DNA of 64,000 nucleotides. Source: Candidatus Microgenomates bacterium. GTDB taxonomy: Bacteria > Patescibacteriota > Microgenomatia > UBA8517. The notes under the pieces were generated by a model, which worked only from the letters and a program-made list of their open reading frames with translations, did not search any database and was not told where the DNA came from. The DNA is taken from NCBI GenBank assembly GCA_049523135.1, contig JBEKNE010000001.1, forward strand, positions 287,770-351,769, written 5' to 3'. The stretch's first letter is position 1. Each line of letters starts with the position of its first letter. This document shows, piece by piece, positions 37,703 to 47,255 of the stretch. A program made the translations under genes and the position numbers.

Positions 37703-38419
37703 ATGAATAAAGTTTCCGCAATAGTTCTTGTTGGTAGAAGTACTGATAAAAATTTGCTCGAAAAATGTCTGAACTCTCTAAGTTGGACTGATGAAATAGT
37801 TAAAATTAATACAGAGAATGTACCCGGTAATTTTGCGGACTGGAGAAATGAAGGGGCAAAAAGAGCCAAGGGTGAGTGGCTTTTTTACGTTGATACCGAC
37901 GAGGAGGTGACCCTAAAACTTAAAGAAATTATCCTTCAAGTAATCGGGTCTAATGAATTTTCAGGTTATGCAATTTCAAGACGGAATATATTTTTAGGCC
38001 ACGAAATGCATTGGGGCGGGTGGTATCCGGATTTTGTCTTAAGACTTATCAGGAAAGATAAACTAAAGGCATGGAAAGGTGAACTTCATGAACAGCCCGA
38101 AATAGTAGGTACGATTTGTCATCTGAAAGAACCTCTTATTCATAGAAGTCATAGAAGTTTAACTGAGATGGTAGAGAAAACGAACAAATGGTCTGAAATT
38201 GAAGCAAAACTTTTATACGATTCGGGACACCCAAAGATGAATATCTTCAGATTTTTTACAGCAGGTTTTCGTGAAGCATGGTATAGAGGAGTAGTGCACT
38301 TAGGTTTTTTGGACGGAACAGTAGGGGTAATAGAGATAGTTTACCAAACCTACAGCCGGCTGATTACTTATTCTAAACTTTGGGAACTACAACTTAAAAA
38401 TGCGCGCGGCAATTTATAA
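37703..38419 (+). CDS. WaaE-like GT2 paralog, diverged (nucleotide-binding D-x-S-T-D segment replaced)
   Basis: Collinear with 36806..37702 (YVDTDEEV, GWYPDFVLRLIRK). It lacks the VVDxxSTD motif and is ~60 aa shorter. Confidence 0.55.
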   Translation: MNKVSAIVLVGRSTDKNLLEKCLNSLSWTDEIVKINTENVPGNFADWRNEGAKRAKGEWLFYVDTDEEVTLKLKEIILQVIGSNEFSGYAISRRNIFLGHEMHWGGWYPDFVLRLIRKDKLKAWKGELHEQPEIVGTICHLKEPLIHRSHRSLTEMVEKTNKWSEIEAKLLYDSGHPKMNIFRFFTAGFREAWYRGVVHLGFLDGTVGVIEIVYQTYSRLITYSKLWELQLKNARGNL

Positions 38420-39428
38420 TCCATATCTAGATACGTTAGGGGGAGGGGAACGATATACTCTTTCTTTTGCAAAAGTACTTACCGACTTGGGTTGGCAGAC
38501 AGATCTAGAGTGGAAAGATTTGGGGATATTAAAAAGTCTTTCGGAGCGATTTGGAATGGATCTATCCGGAATAAACATTGTAGAGGATGTAAAAAAAGGA
38601 GATGGTTATGATCTTTGTTTTTGGGTTTCGGATGGAAGCGTTCCATTACTCCACGGCAGAAACAACATTCTCCATTTTCAGGTGCCGTTTCATAATGTGG
38701 GTGGAAAAAGTCTGCTTAATAAAATGAAATTTTTTAGGATTAATAAAATTGTCTGCAACTCGCGTTTTACAAAAGAGATAATCGATAAGGAATATGGCGT
38801 TGATAGTATAGTGATTTATCCGCCGGTAGGTATTGAAAACATAAAACCTAAGAGGAAGGAAAATATTATTCTATATGTAGGTAGATTTTCAAAAATACTT
38901 CAAAGCAAAAGACAAGATGTCCTTATTAAAGCCTTTAAGAAAATTTACAATAATGGATTTTCGGATTGGAAACTAATTCTTGCAGGTGGGGCGGAGGTTG
39001 GAAATGACGGTTGTGTTGATGAGTTAGAGAAGCTTTCTGAAAATTACCCTATTGAAATATTGGTTAGCCCAAGTTATAAGGAGCTAAAGGATTTATATGG
39101 AAAGGCGAAGTTTTTTTGGAGTGCAGCTGGTTTTGAGGAAAATGAAACAAAAAATCCGGAAAAAGTTGAGCATTTTGGAATAACTGTTGTCGAAGCAATG
39201 GCGGGTGGTGCAGTACCAGTTGTCTATAATGCGGGTGGTTATAAAGAAGTTGTTGAGAATGGGAAAACAGGGTTTCTGTGGAATAGGACTTCAGAACTAA
39301 CTAGATTTACTACTTCCTTGGCTGAAGATCCAAAATCTTTTAGAGAGATGCAAGTTCATATAAAAGAAAGAGCGAAAAAATATGACTATAACATTTTTAA
39401 AGAAAGGATTAAGGAAATTCTTAAATAA
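38400..39428 (+). CDS. GT4-family (GT-B) glycosyltransferase
   Basis: The C-terminal EX7E region EHFGITVVEAMAGGAVPVV...GKTGFL is typical of GT4. Confidence 0.8.
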   Translation: MRAAIYNPYLDTLGGGERYTLSFAKVLTDLGWQTDLEWKDLGILKSLSERFGMDLSGINIVEDVKKGDGYDLCFWVSDGSVPLLHGRNNILHFQVPFHNVGGKSLLNKMKFFRINKIVCNSRFTKEIIDKEYGVDSIVIYPPVGIENIKPKRKENIILYVGRFSKILQSKRQDVLIKAFKKIYNNGFSDWKLILAGGAEVGNDGCVDELEKLSENYPIEILVSPSYKELKDLYGKAKFFWSAAGFEENETKNPEKVEHFGITVVEAMAGGAVPVVYNAGGYKEVVENGKTGFLWNRTSELTRFTTSLAEDPKSFREMQVHIKERAKKYDYNIFKERIKEILK

Positions 39429-41766
39429 GTTTTGGCCCATATTTGCAATACTTGTTGTTGTAGCTGTATTTTTTTACCCCGTTTTTTTAAAAAAACTTGC
39501 TCCAATTCCCGGTGATTTTATAGTTGGAACTTATTTCCCTTGGTTGGATTATAAATGGGGATACTTAGTTAGGGTTCCTGTTAAAAATCCCATAACTTCC
39601 GATGTAGTCTCAATAATTTACCCCCTAAGAAGTTATGCAGTTGACATCCTTAAAACTGGGCATCTGCCTTTATGGAACCCGTTTATGTTTGCAGGAACAC
39701 CACTGCTTGGGGATTTTCAGGTAGGAGTGCTTTCTCCCACAATATTTACCTATTTTATATTGCCAAAAATTTGGGCGTGGAGTGCTCAAGTAATTTTGCA
39801 ACCAGTTCTTGCTGCCATTTTTTGTTATTTACTTTTGCGGAATTTTGGCCTGAAGAAAATTGAGTCTATTTTTGGGGGAATATTTTTTGCGTTTAGTGCA
39901 TTTAATATAATTTGGATGGAATGGAACACGAATACCTTAACGGCAGCTTTTATCCCACTAGTTATATTATTTTTGGATAAGTTTATTGATACTAACAAGT
40001 TATTTTGGGGGGTATTACTGTCATTCAGTATTGAGTTACAGGTACTTTCTGGGTATCCACAGTTGGTTATATTTACAATATTTTTTCTCGGGCTATTTCT
40101 TCTCTTTCGATTAGATAGACTTAACAAGGTTAAAGCATTTTATATTTTTATTTTTATACTTCTTGGTATTTTGCTTTCCTCAATTGTTTCAGTGCCAGCA
40201 TCTGAACTGATATTAAATTCTCAGAGAAAATATGCAATTTTAGATAAAGATTTAATATATTTTCCTTGGCAAAACTTAATTACTTTTTTGGTTCCTGACT
40301 ATTTTGGAAATTCTGCAACCTATAACTACTTCGGAGCTGGCAATTATACAATAAATACTGGTTATACAGGATTAATTGTTTTATATCTTGCAGTCATTGG
40401 GGCCTTTAAGTATTGGAGGGAAAGGAAAGTAAAATTTTTGGTTGCAACATTCTTGTTGGCTCTTCTATTTGCTTTGCCAACTCCTTTGGGTAAAGCACTT
40501 TTTAACTCACCAATTCCTGGGATTTCTCTCTCTTCGAATACAAGAATTTTGGTATTCACGAATTTTTCCTTAGCAGTTCTTGCCGCTTTGGGTATTTCAG
40601 CCCTTCTAAAGAAAGAGAAAATTCATAGCGTCTTCTTTTTTACTATGCCTTTATTAATAATTCTTTTAATTATTTTTGGCATAACCCATTTTTTTGGTGT
40701 GAACAAAAGCGTTTCTCTGAGAAATATGATTTTGCCGGTTGGTTTAGCAATATTTGCTTCATGTTTGATTTTTGTTAGGGAAAGATTGTTTAGGAGTAAT
40801 CTATTGAGACAACTGTTGGTAATAACTCTGTGTTTAGTCGCGGTATTTGAGCTTTTTAGATATGGCTGGAAGTACACTCCTTTTTCTTCACCAAATCTTG
40901 TTTTTCCAAAAACACCCGTTTTAGACTTTCTTGATAATAAGAATGGCATCTTTCGAGTATCTACTGGGAATGCAATTCCAATGAATATGTGGATTCCCTA
41001 TGGTTTTGAATCTGTTTCTGGATATGATGCTTCGTACCCTATACAGTGGGCAAGGTTTTTTGATGCAATTCGAGGTGGAAATTTAGATAAACCTTCTTAT
41101 AGCTATTATGCGCAGTTTGATCAATATTTTAGTCCTTGGTTTGATTTGTTAAATAACAAATATTTGCTTACCCTGGATCCCTCGGAAACACATGATATAT
41201 CCAACCCAGATCTTTTTTATCAGATTGAAAAAAGTCAAAAGTTTGAGAAGGTATTTCAGGACAAATCAGTTGTTATCTATCAGAATAATAGTGTCTTACC
41301 GCGAGCTTTTTTGGTCTCGGATTGGGAATATGTTTCTGAAGATCAAACTCTTTCCGTCTTAACAGATCCCGATTTTCCGGTAGAGAAGAAAATAGTTTTA
41401 AATGTACCCATACCACTTGATAAAAATCAGAAAATAACTGGCGAGGTGGCTTATGAATCTTATTCACCCGAGGATAGTGTTATCCGTGTTACAACAAATA
41501 AAGAAGCCCTTCTTTTTGTATCTGATACTTGGTATCCGGGTTGGAATGTTACCGTAGACGGAAAGAAATCTACTTTATATAAAGCAGATTATACATTTCG
41601 GGCAGTTCTTGTTCCCGTAGGATCCCATAAAGTAGAATTTTATTTTAAACCGAAGTCCGTAATGATCGGTAAGATACTATCATTTACTACTTTAATATTG
41701 TTAGTTGTGTTATTAATTTTTGAGAGACAACTTACATTAAGAATAAATAAGAACGAGAAGACATAA
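39382..41766 (+). CDS. YfhO-family GT-C membrane glycosyltransferase (long form, ~790 aa)
   Basis: About 14 TM helices, then a C-terminal extracytoplasmic domain ending in the YfhO-type module WYPGWNVTVDGKKSTLYKADYTFRAVLVPVGSHKVEFYF and a final TM helix. Confidence 0.7.
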   Translation: MTITFLKKGLRKFLNKFWPIFAILVVVAVFFYPVFLKKLAPIPGDFIVGTYFPWLDYKWGYLVRVPVKNPITSDVVSIIYPLRSYAVDILKTGHLPLWNPFMFAGTPLLGDFQVGVLSPTIFTYFILPKIWAWSAQVILQPVLAAIFCYLLLRNFGLKKIESIFGGIFFAFSAFNIIWMEWNTNTLTAAFIPLVILFLDKFIDTNKLFWGVLLSFSIELQVLSGYPQLVIFTIFFLGLFLLFRLDRLNKVKAFYIFIFILLGILLSSIVSVPASELILNSQRKYAILDKDLIYFPWQNLITFLVPDYFGNSATYNYFGAGNYTINTGYTGLIVLYLAVIGAFKYWRERKVKFLVATFLLALLFALPTPLGKALFNSPIPGISLSSNTRILVFTNFSLAVLAALGISALLKKEKIHSVFFFTMPLLIILLIIFGITHFFGVNKSVSLRNMILPVGLAIFASCLIFVRERLFRSNLLRQLLVITLCLVAVFELFRYGWKYTPFSSPNLVFPKTPVLDFLDNKNGIFRVSTGNAIPMNMWIPYGFESVSGYDASYPIQWARFFDAIRGGNLDKPSYSYYAQFDQYFSPWFDLLNNKYLLTLDPSETHDISNPDLFYQIEKSQKFEKVFQDKSVVIYQNNSVLPRAFLVSDWEYVSEDQTLSVLTDPDFPVEKKIVLNVPIPLDKNQKITGEVAYESYSPEDSVIRVTTNKEALLFVSDTWYPGWNVTVDGKKSTLYKADYTFRAVLVPVGSHKVEFYFKPKSVMIGKILSFTTLILLVVLLIFERQLTLRINKNEKT

Positions 41767-41836
41767 ATATTTACTATTTCAACCGTTGTTTGTGAGCTTG
41801 CTGGGATGTAAAATACTTCAAATATCTTGATTTAAA

Positions 41837-42733
41837 ATGGGTAAATTGAATGTTTCGATAATTATCCCGAATTATAACGGTAGCCAACTTCTTCGTAAAA
41901 ATCTGCTGGCCGTAGTTGCCGCAAGTGAGTATGCACCCAATCGAGTCTTGGAAATCATAGTAGTTGATGATGGATCTCAAGATAATAGTGTTCGTTTTTT
42001 GAAGAAGAACTATCCTGCTATTAGACTTTTTAGGCATAAGGTTAATAGAGGGTTTTCTGCAGCTGTGAATACTGGAGCAAGAGCGGCTAAGGGAGAGTTA
42101 ATAATACTTATTAATAGTGATGTAATTCCAAGTAAAGATTTTTTGGCTCCAGCCCTGAGACTTTTTGAAAATAAGAAAGTATTTGCTGTTTCACTTCATG
42201 AAAAGGGTTTTGGTTGGGCCAAGGGAAGTTTTTCCGATGGGTTTATACAGTTGGGAATGGGAGAAGAAACTCCCGAGTCCCATAGCAGTTTTTATGTGAG
42301 TGGCGACAGTGGGGTTTTTAGAAGAAAATATTGGATAGAATTGGGAGGAATGGATGAAAAGCTTCTTTCACCATTTTATTGGGAAGATATTGATCTTTGT
42401 TATAGAGCTGAAAAAAGAGGATATTTAAATCTTTGGGAGCCGGAGGCAAATGTTATCCATAATCATGAATCGACAATCAGTAAGCTTCCTAAATCTTACG
42501 TTCAAAGAATTAAGGAAAGAAATCAGTTATTGGTTATTTGGAAGAATATCCAAAGCCCCACCCTTATCCGAAAACATTTTGCCGGAGTTTTTAAAAGAGT
42601 TATACAGCACCCCGGATATTTTAGGATTGTTTTAATGGCTTTGGGAAAATTGGGGATAGTTTTGAAGGAAAGGAAAAAAGAAATTAAACTTAGTAGCATT
42701 TCGGATGAAGCGGTGTTTTCAAAATTTGGATGA
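41837..42733 (+). CDS. GT2-family glycosyltransferase
   Basis: VSIIIPNYNGSQLL ... IVVDDGSQDNS ... ILINSDV motifs. Confidence 0.8.
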   Translation: MGKLNVSIIIPNYNGSQLLRKNLLAVVAASEYAPNRVLEIIVVDDGSQDNSVRFLKKNYPAIRLFRHKVNRGFSAAVNTGARAAKGELIILINSDVIPSKDFLAPALRLFENKKVFAVSLHEKGFGWAKGSFSDGFIQLGMGEETPESHSSFYVSGDSGVFRRKYWIELGGMDEKLLSPFYWEDIDLCYRAEKRGYLNLWEPEANVIHNHESTISKLPKSYVQRIKERNQLLVIWKNIQSPTLIRKHFAGVFKRVIQHPGYFRIVLMALGKLGIVLKERKKEIKLSSISDEAVFSKFG

Positions 42734-44217
42734 ATATGAAAAAATATTTAAAGTATCTTCCAATTGTTTTAATTCTAGCATTGGCATTTTTCTTGCGGGT
42801 TTATAAAGCCAAGGAATTATTTAACTATGATCACGATAATGATTTAGCATTTTGGATTGTTAAAGATGTTTTGGTTAATCATCATTTGAGACTTATCGGG
42901 CAGCAAACTTCCGTAACGGGAGTTTTTATTGGAGCACTATTTTATTATTTACAAATACCTTTTTATCTAATCGGAAAAATGGATTCTTATCCTACAGTTT
43001 TTTTAACAGTCATCTTAGGAACTTTTTCTGTTTTTAGTTTTTATTTTGTTTTCTCCAAAATTTTTGGCAAAAAGGTTGGTTTAATCGGAGCTTTGATATA
43101 TGCAGTATCCCAACTGATAGTTTTTTCAGATAGGGAAGTGGTTCCGACAATGCCTGTAATGGTCTGGACAGTGTGGTATCTCTATGATTTGTTTTTAATT
43201 TACAAAGGAAAGCAAAAGACCGGATTTATTCTTTTTGGAATTCTTATTGCTTTAATCTGGCATATAAACCTTGCTTTATATGTAATTTCTCCATTAGCAG
43301 TTCTTGCATGGATTTTATCAAAGAAGAAAATTCAATGGAGATATTTTTTCCTGGGGATAGGATTATTGATAGTTTTAAGCGCACCGCTAATTATTTTTGA
43401 AGCTAGGCATAACTTTCAGCAAACAAAGGCAGTGATAGCCTCAGTAACAACAAACCGGAATTTAATACCACAAACGTCAACCGGCTGGGCAAAACTTGAT
43501 AGGGTAATGCAGTTAGTTGAAGAGAATACAAGGAATATTTTTCTACCATCAATTTCACAAGTTCCGGATAAGTTGGCATTTATTATGCTAGTTGGTTCAT
43601 TTTTGTTTTTAATTGCAGCTAAGAAAATTTCAAAGGAGATGGCTTTAACATTTTTCCTTTGGCAGATTTTTTATGTTAGCTTTTTTACTGCAAATTCCTT
43701 GAATTTATCTGAATACTATCTAGACGGTATGAATGTTATTTGGATTGCTGTTGCCTCACTGACCCTAGGATGTTTTTTTGAGAAACGGATTTTGAAAGCA
43801 GTGGGAGTTTTAGTATTAGCTTCTTATTCAATCTGGAATATCTATTTGGTATTGAATTCTAAAGGAAGCCAAATGGGTTATGTAGAAAGGAAAGCAATTG
43901 TCAAATATATTAATGAGGATGCGGAAGCGCACGGTTATCCGTGTATTTCCATATCATATATTACAAATCCTGGTTATAACCTTGGATATAGATACTTTTT
44001 CTATCTTGATAATATGCACGTAAATGATCCCAAAAGCGGGAGCCCTGTTTATACTATCGTTTTTCCACTTTCTCTGGTTGATAAATTTGATAAGCGTTTT
44101 GGAGTCTTGGGATTAATACTTCCTGATTATATTAAGTATAATAAGAAGGATGTGGATAAAAGCTGCCAGGGAGAAAATGCAAATCTGACTGATCCAATGT
44201 TTGGTTATACGGAATAA
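42730..44217 (+). CDS. GT-C membrane glycosyltransferase, PMT_2/ArnT-like (family A1 paralog)
   Basis: NYDHDNDLAFW loop motif and QQTSVTGVFIGALFYYL shared with 32001.. and 34506..; polytopic. Confidence 0.7.
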   Translation: MNMKKYLKYLPIVLILALAFFLRVYKAKELFNYDHDNDLAFWIVKDVLVNHHLRLIGQQTSVTGVFIGALFYYLQIPFYLIGKMDSYPTVFLTVILGTFSVFSFYFVFSKIFGKKVGLIGALIYAVSQLIVFSDREVVPTMPVMVWTVWYLYDLFLIYKGKQKTGFILFGILIALIWHINLALYVISPLAVLAWILSKKKIQWRYFFLGIGLLIVLSAPLIIFEARHNFQQTKAVIASVTTNRNLIPQTSTGWAKLDRVMQLVEENTRNIFLPSISQVPDKLAFIMLVGSFLFLIAAKKISKEMALTFFLWQIFYVSFFTANSLNLSEYYLDGMNVIWIAVASLTLGCFFEKRILKAVGVLVLASYSIWNIYLVLNSKGSQMGYVERKAIVKYINEDAEAHGYPCISISYITNPGYNLGYRYFFYLDNMHVNDPKSGSPVYTIVFPLSLVDKFDKRFGVLGLILPDYIKYNKKDVDKSCQGENANLTDPMFGYTE

Positions 44218-45720
44218 ATGATGAAATATATTAAAAATAATTGGATTTATATTTTGGGAGCAGTTCTTATATTGGCACTTTTTTCCCTAAGATTTTTCCA
44301 TTTAACAATCATTCCGGTTTTTGCGGATGAGGCAATCTATATCCGTTGGGCACAAGTGATGAAAGCGGAGGAGACTTTGAGATTTCTTCCACTTTCTGAC
44401 GGCAAAGAGCCTCTTTTTATGTGGGTAGCAATTGCATTTTTGAAATTTATCCGCGATCCATTGGTTGCGGGAAGAATTGTTTCAATTCTTTCGGGCTTTG
44501 GGACAATGATTGGAGTTTCTCTTCTGTCATATTTATTATTCAAAAACAAAAAAGTTGCTCTTGCCGCGGCATTAATTTATGCAGTTTCTCCATTTAGTTT
44601 CTTTTTTGACCGGATGGCTTTAGTTGACTCTATGCTTACAATGTTTGGAGTCTGGACATTTGTTTTTGCATACCTTTCCTTTACGGAGGAAAGATTGGAC
44701 TATGCAATGATAGCTGGTTTTACCCTAGGTGGTGCATGGCTGACCAAATCTCCTGCACTTTTCTTTGCTATCATGCTTCCAACCTTGTGGTTATTTATAA
44801 AATCTCCCAAGACATTAATTAAAGTAATTCCATTGACTTTGGTGACGCTAATAATCGGCTATGGAATGTTTAATGTACTGCGGCTTGGACCCAATTTTGA
44901 ACTTATTGCCAGCAGGAATTTGGATTATGTTTATCCGTTAAATCATTTTTTGGTAAGCCCTTTGGATCCTCTTAAACCATTTTTAATCGCATCTTGGCAA
45001 TGGCTTACCACAATGGGACCATGGTCGTTATTAATTTTGGCTTTGATTGGCTGTGTAATTAATTTTAAGAAGCATTGGAAGGAGTTAACCATTTTACTGA
45101 TTTGGTTTTTGGGTCCGATTATAGTTCAATCGGAATTTGCTAAGGTTTTGACTGCACGTTATATTCTTTTTTCAGTTCCGTTTTTAGTAATTATTTCCGC
45201 CTCTGTATTTTTGGAAAAACGCAGGAATTTAGTAAAAATTTTAGTGGTAATATTGGCATTTTTTATTGGCCAGTCGTTAATTTTTGATTATCAGCTTTTG
45301 GAAAATCCACAAAAAGCCAATTTACCTAGAAGTGAAAGATCGGGGTATTTGGAGGAATGGACTTCCGGGTATGGAATTAAGGAAACATCCGTTTATCTTA
45401 GAAATCTGCAAAATTCAAACCCTAGAGTGAAAATAGTTGCTGGAACGGAAGGGTATTTTGGAACCCTTCCTGATGGGCTTGAAATATACCTTAATGACAT
45501 GCCCCAGATAACTATTGTAGGTGTGGGATTAGGTATTGGTAAAGTTCCCGATCCTTTAAGTTCTGCAAGGAAAGCGGGAGATGAAACATTCTTGGTAATT
45601 AATCAATCGAGGCTAAATGCGGATCCCTTAAAAATTGGTTTTGATATAATTGCTTCTTATCCAAAGGCATACCGTCCTGACGGGACCCGTGACAGCCTTC
45701 TGCTTCTCAAAGTAAGATAA
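44218..45720 (+). CDS. GT-C membrane glycosyltransferase, classic ArnT/GT83-like
   Basis: FADEAIYIRWAQVM first-loop motif followed by multiple TM helices; 500 aa. Confidence 0.75.
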   Translation: MMKYIKNNWIYILGAVLILALFSLRFFHLTIIPVFADEAIYIRWAQVMKAEETLRFLPLSDGKEPLFMWVAIAFLKFIRDPLVAGRIVSILSGFGTMIGVSLLSYLLFKNKKVALAAALIYAVSPFSFFFDRMALVDSMLTMFGVWTFVFAYLSFTEERLDYAMIAGFTLGGAWLTKSPALFFAIMLPTLWLFIKSPKTLIKVIPLTLVTLIIGYGMFNVLRLGPNFELIASRNLDYVYPLNHFLVSPLDPLKPFLIASWQWLTTMGPWSLLILALIGCVINFKKHWKELTILLIWFLGPIIVQSEFAKVLTARYILFSVPFLVIISASVFLEKRRNLVKILVVILAFFIGQSLIFDYQLLENPQKANLPRSERSGYLEEWTSGYGIKETSVYLRNLQNSNPRVKIVAGTEGYFGTLPDGLEIYLNDMPQITIVGVGLGIGKVPDPLSSARKAGDETFLVINQSRLNADPLKIGFDIIASYPKAYRPDGTRDSLLLLKVR

Positions 45721-45752
45721 ATTATTACCTTCAGGCATGCTACAATTGAAGG

Positions 45753-47255
45753 GTGGAAGAAGATGCTTTTGGAGGTCATATTGATCCTACATCCGAGATA
45801 AACCTTGAGACTGTTAAAGGAAGAACAGTAAAAGGGATAGTTGCCTTAACCCAACAGTATTTTGGCGTTTATATAATCACCATAATTGCCTACTTCTTCC
45901 TGGGTAAATTTTTGAACCCTGTGCTTTTTGGGACATTTGGGGTAGTCTCGGCAATTATCAACTTTTTGGTTTACTTTTCCGATATCGGGTTAGCAGCTTC
46001 CTTAATTCAGAAAAAAGAAAAGATTACTCAAGAAGACTTGAGAACAACTTTTACAATTCAGCAAATCCTTGTATTTACCCTGGTAGCAATTGTTATCGGT
46101 GCAACTTCTCTTATAAGACGGTTTTACAACCTGGATCAGAGTTCCGTATATCTTCTTTATGCACTTTGTTTTTCTTTCATAATGTCCTCACTTAAATCAG
46201 TGCCGTCGGTAATCTTGGAGAGACATTTAAAATTCGAAATAATTGCCCTTTCAGCAGTTATAGAAACCACGGTTTACAATGTAATTTTGGTATTTTTTGC
46301 TTGGAAAGGGTTTGGAATTACCAGTTTTACTATTTCGGTAATTGCGAGAGGAATCATTGGTGTAATAGTTTTGTATTTGTTTCAGCCATGGAGACCGGTG
46401 CTCCAGATATCCAGACCGTCACTTAAAAAACTTCTTGTTTTTGGAATTCCTTATCAAATAAACACGTTTATTGCCGTTGTTAAAGATGATGGATTAACTC
46501 TAATTTTGGGTAGAGTAATAGGATTGGGACCTCTTGGAATTCTTTCCTGGGCCCAAGGATGGATTCAAATGCCCCTGAGAGTAATTCTTGATAATGTAAC
46601 CAGAGTTACTTTCCCTGCCTTTTCCAGAATGCAGGATAAAACCGATGAATTAAAAAAGAGCGTAACAAGTTCTATCTTTTTTATTACCTTTTTAGTTTTC
46701 CCTGCGGTTACCGGAATTGTTATTTTGGCCCCTATTGTTTTTCAGACGATACCTAAATTCCAGCAGTGGATGCCTGCAGTTATCCCTCTTACTTTTCTTG
46801 CGGTGAATGTTCTTTTTGCCGCGGTTACGACACAATTAACCAATCTTCTCAATGCAGTGGGTAAGATCAAAATAACTTCAGGCCTCATGATAATGTGGAC
46901 TGCTTTAACTTGGATTCTTGTTCCCTATTTAGGGGTGAAATATGGAGTAAATGGAGCCTCGTTAGGTTATGCGATTGTTGGAGCATCTTCGGTTGTGGCA
47001 ATAGCAATAGCGAAAAGATATGTTGATTTTTCTCTATCGGAAAGTACTCTTAAACCGCTTTTAGCTTCATTTGTAATGGGAGTAACCTTGTTCGTTTTGA
47101 GAAGATTTTTACCTGTTAATCTTTACTCAATATTTATATTGACTATAGTGGGAATGGTGACTTATTTTGCTTCAATTTTTGCTCTTGTCGGGATGTCGAT
47201 AGTTACAGACGTTAAGAGAGTTGTCGGATTAATAATTCACAAAAATGAAGCTTAA
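45753..47255 (+). CDS. Wzx-like MOP-superfamily polysaccharide/oligosaccharide flippase
   Basis: GTG start directly after an in-frame TGA. 12-14 TM helices with the MOP/Wzx N-terminal pattern (KG..VKG...L.....FG...). Confidence 0.7.
   Translation: MEEDAFGGHIDPTSEINLETVKGRTVKGIVALTQQYFGVYIITIIAYFFLGKFLNPVLFGTFGVVSAIINFLVYFSDIGLAASLIQKKEKITQEDLRTTFTIQQILVFTLVAIVIGATSLIRRFYNLDQSSVYLLYALCFSFIMSSLKSVPSVILERHLKFEIIALSAVIETTVYNVILVFFAWKGFGITSFTISVIARGIIGVIVLYLFQPWRPVLQISRPSLKKLLVFGIPYQINTFIAVVKDDGLTLILGRVIGLGPLGILSWAQGWIQMPLRVILDNVTRVTFPAFSRMQDKTDELKKSVTSSIFFITFLVFPAVTGIVILAPIVFQTIPKFQQWMPAVIPLTFLAVNVLFAAVTTQLTNLLNAVGKIKITSGLMIMWTALTWILVPYLGVKYGVNGASLGYAIVGASSVVAIAIAKRYVDFSLSESTLKPLLASFVMGVTLFVLRRFLPVNLYSIFILTIVGMVTYFASIFALVGMSIVTDVKRVVGLIIHKNEA

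Noticed and set aside
45737-45752. ATG at 45737 as the start of the Wzx-like gene
   Set aside because: It is in a different frame and terminates after 16 codons. The long ORF begins with GTG at 45753 immediately after an in-frame TGA.
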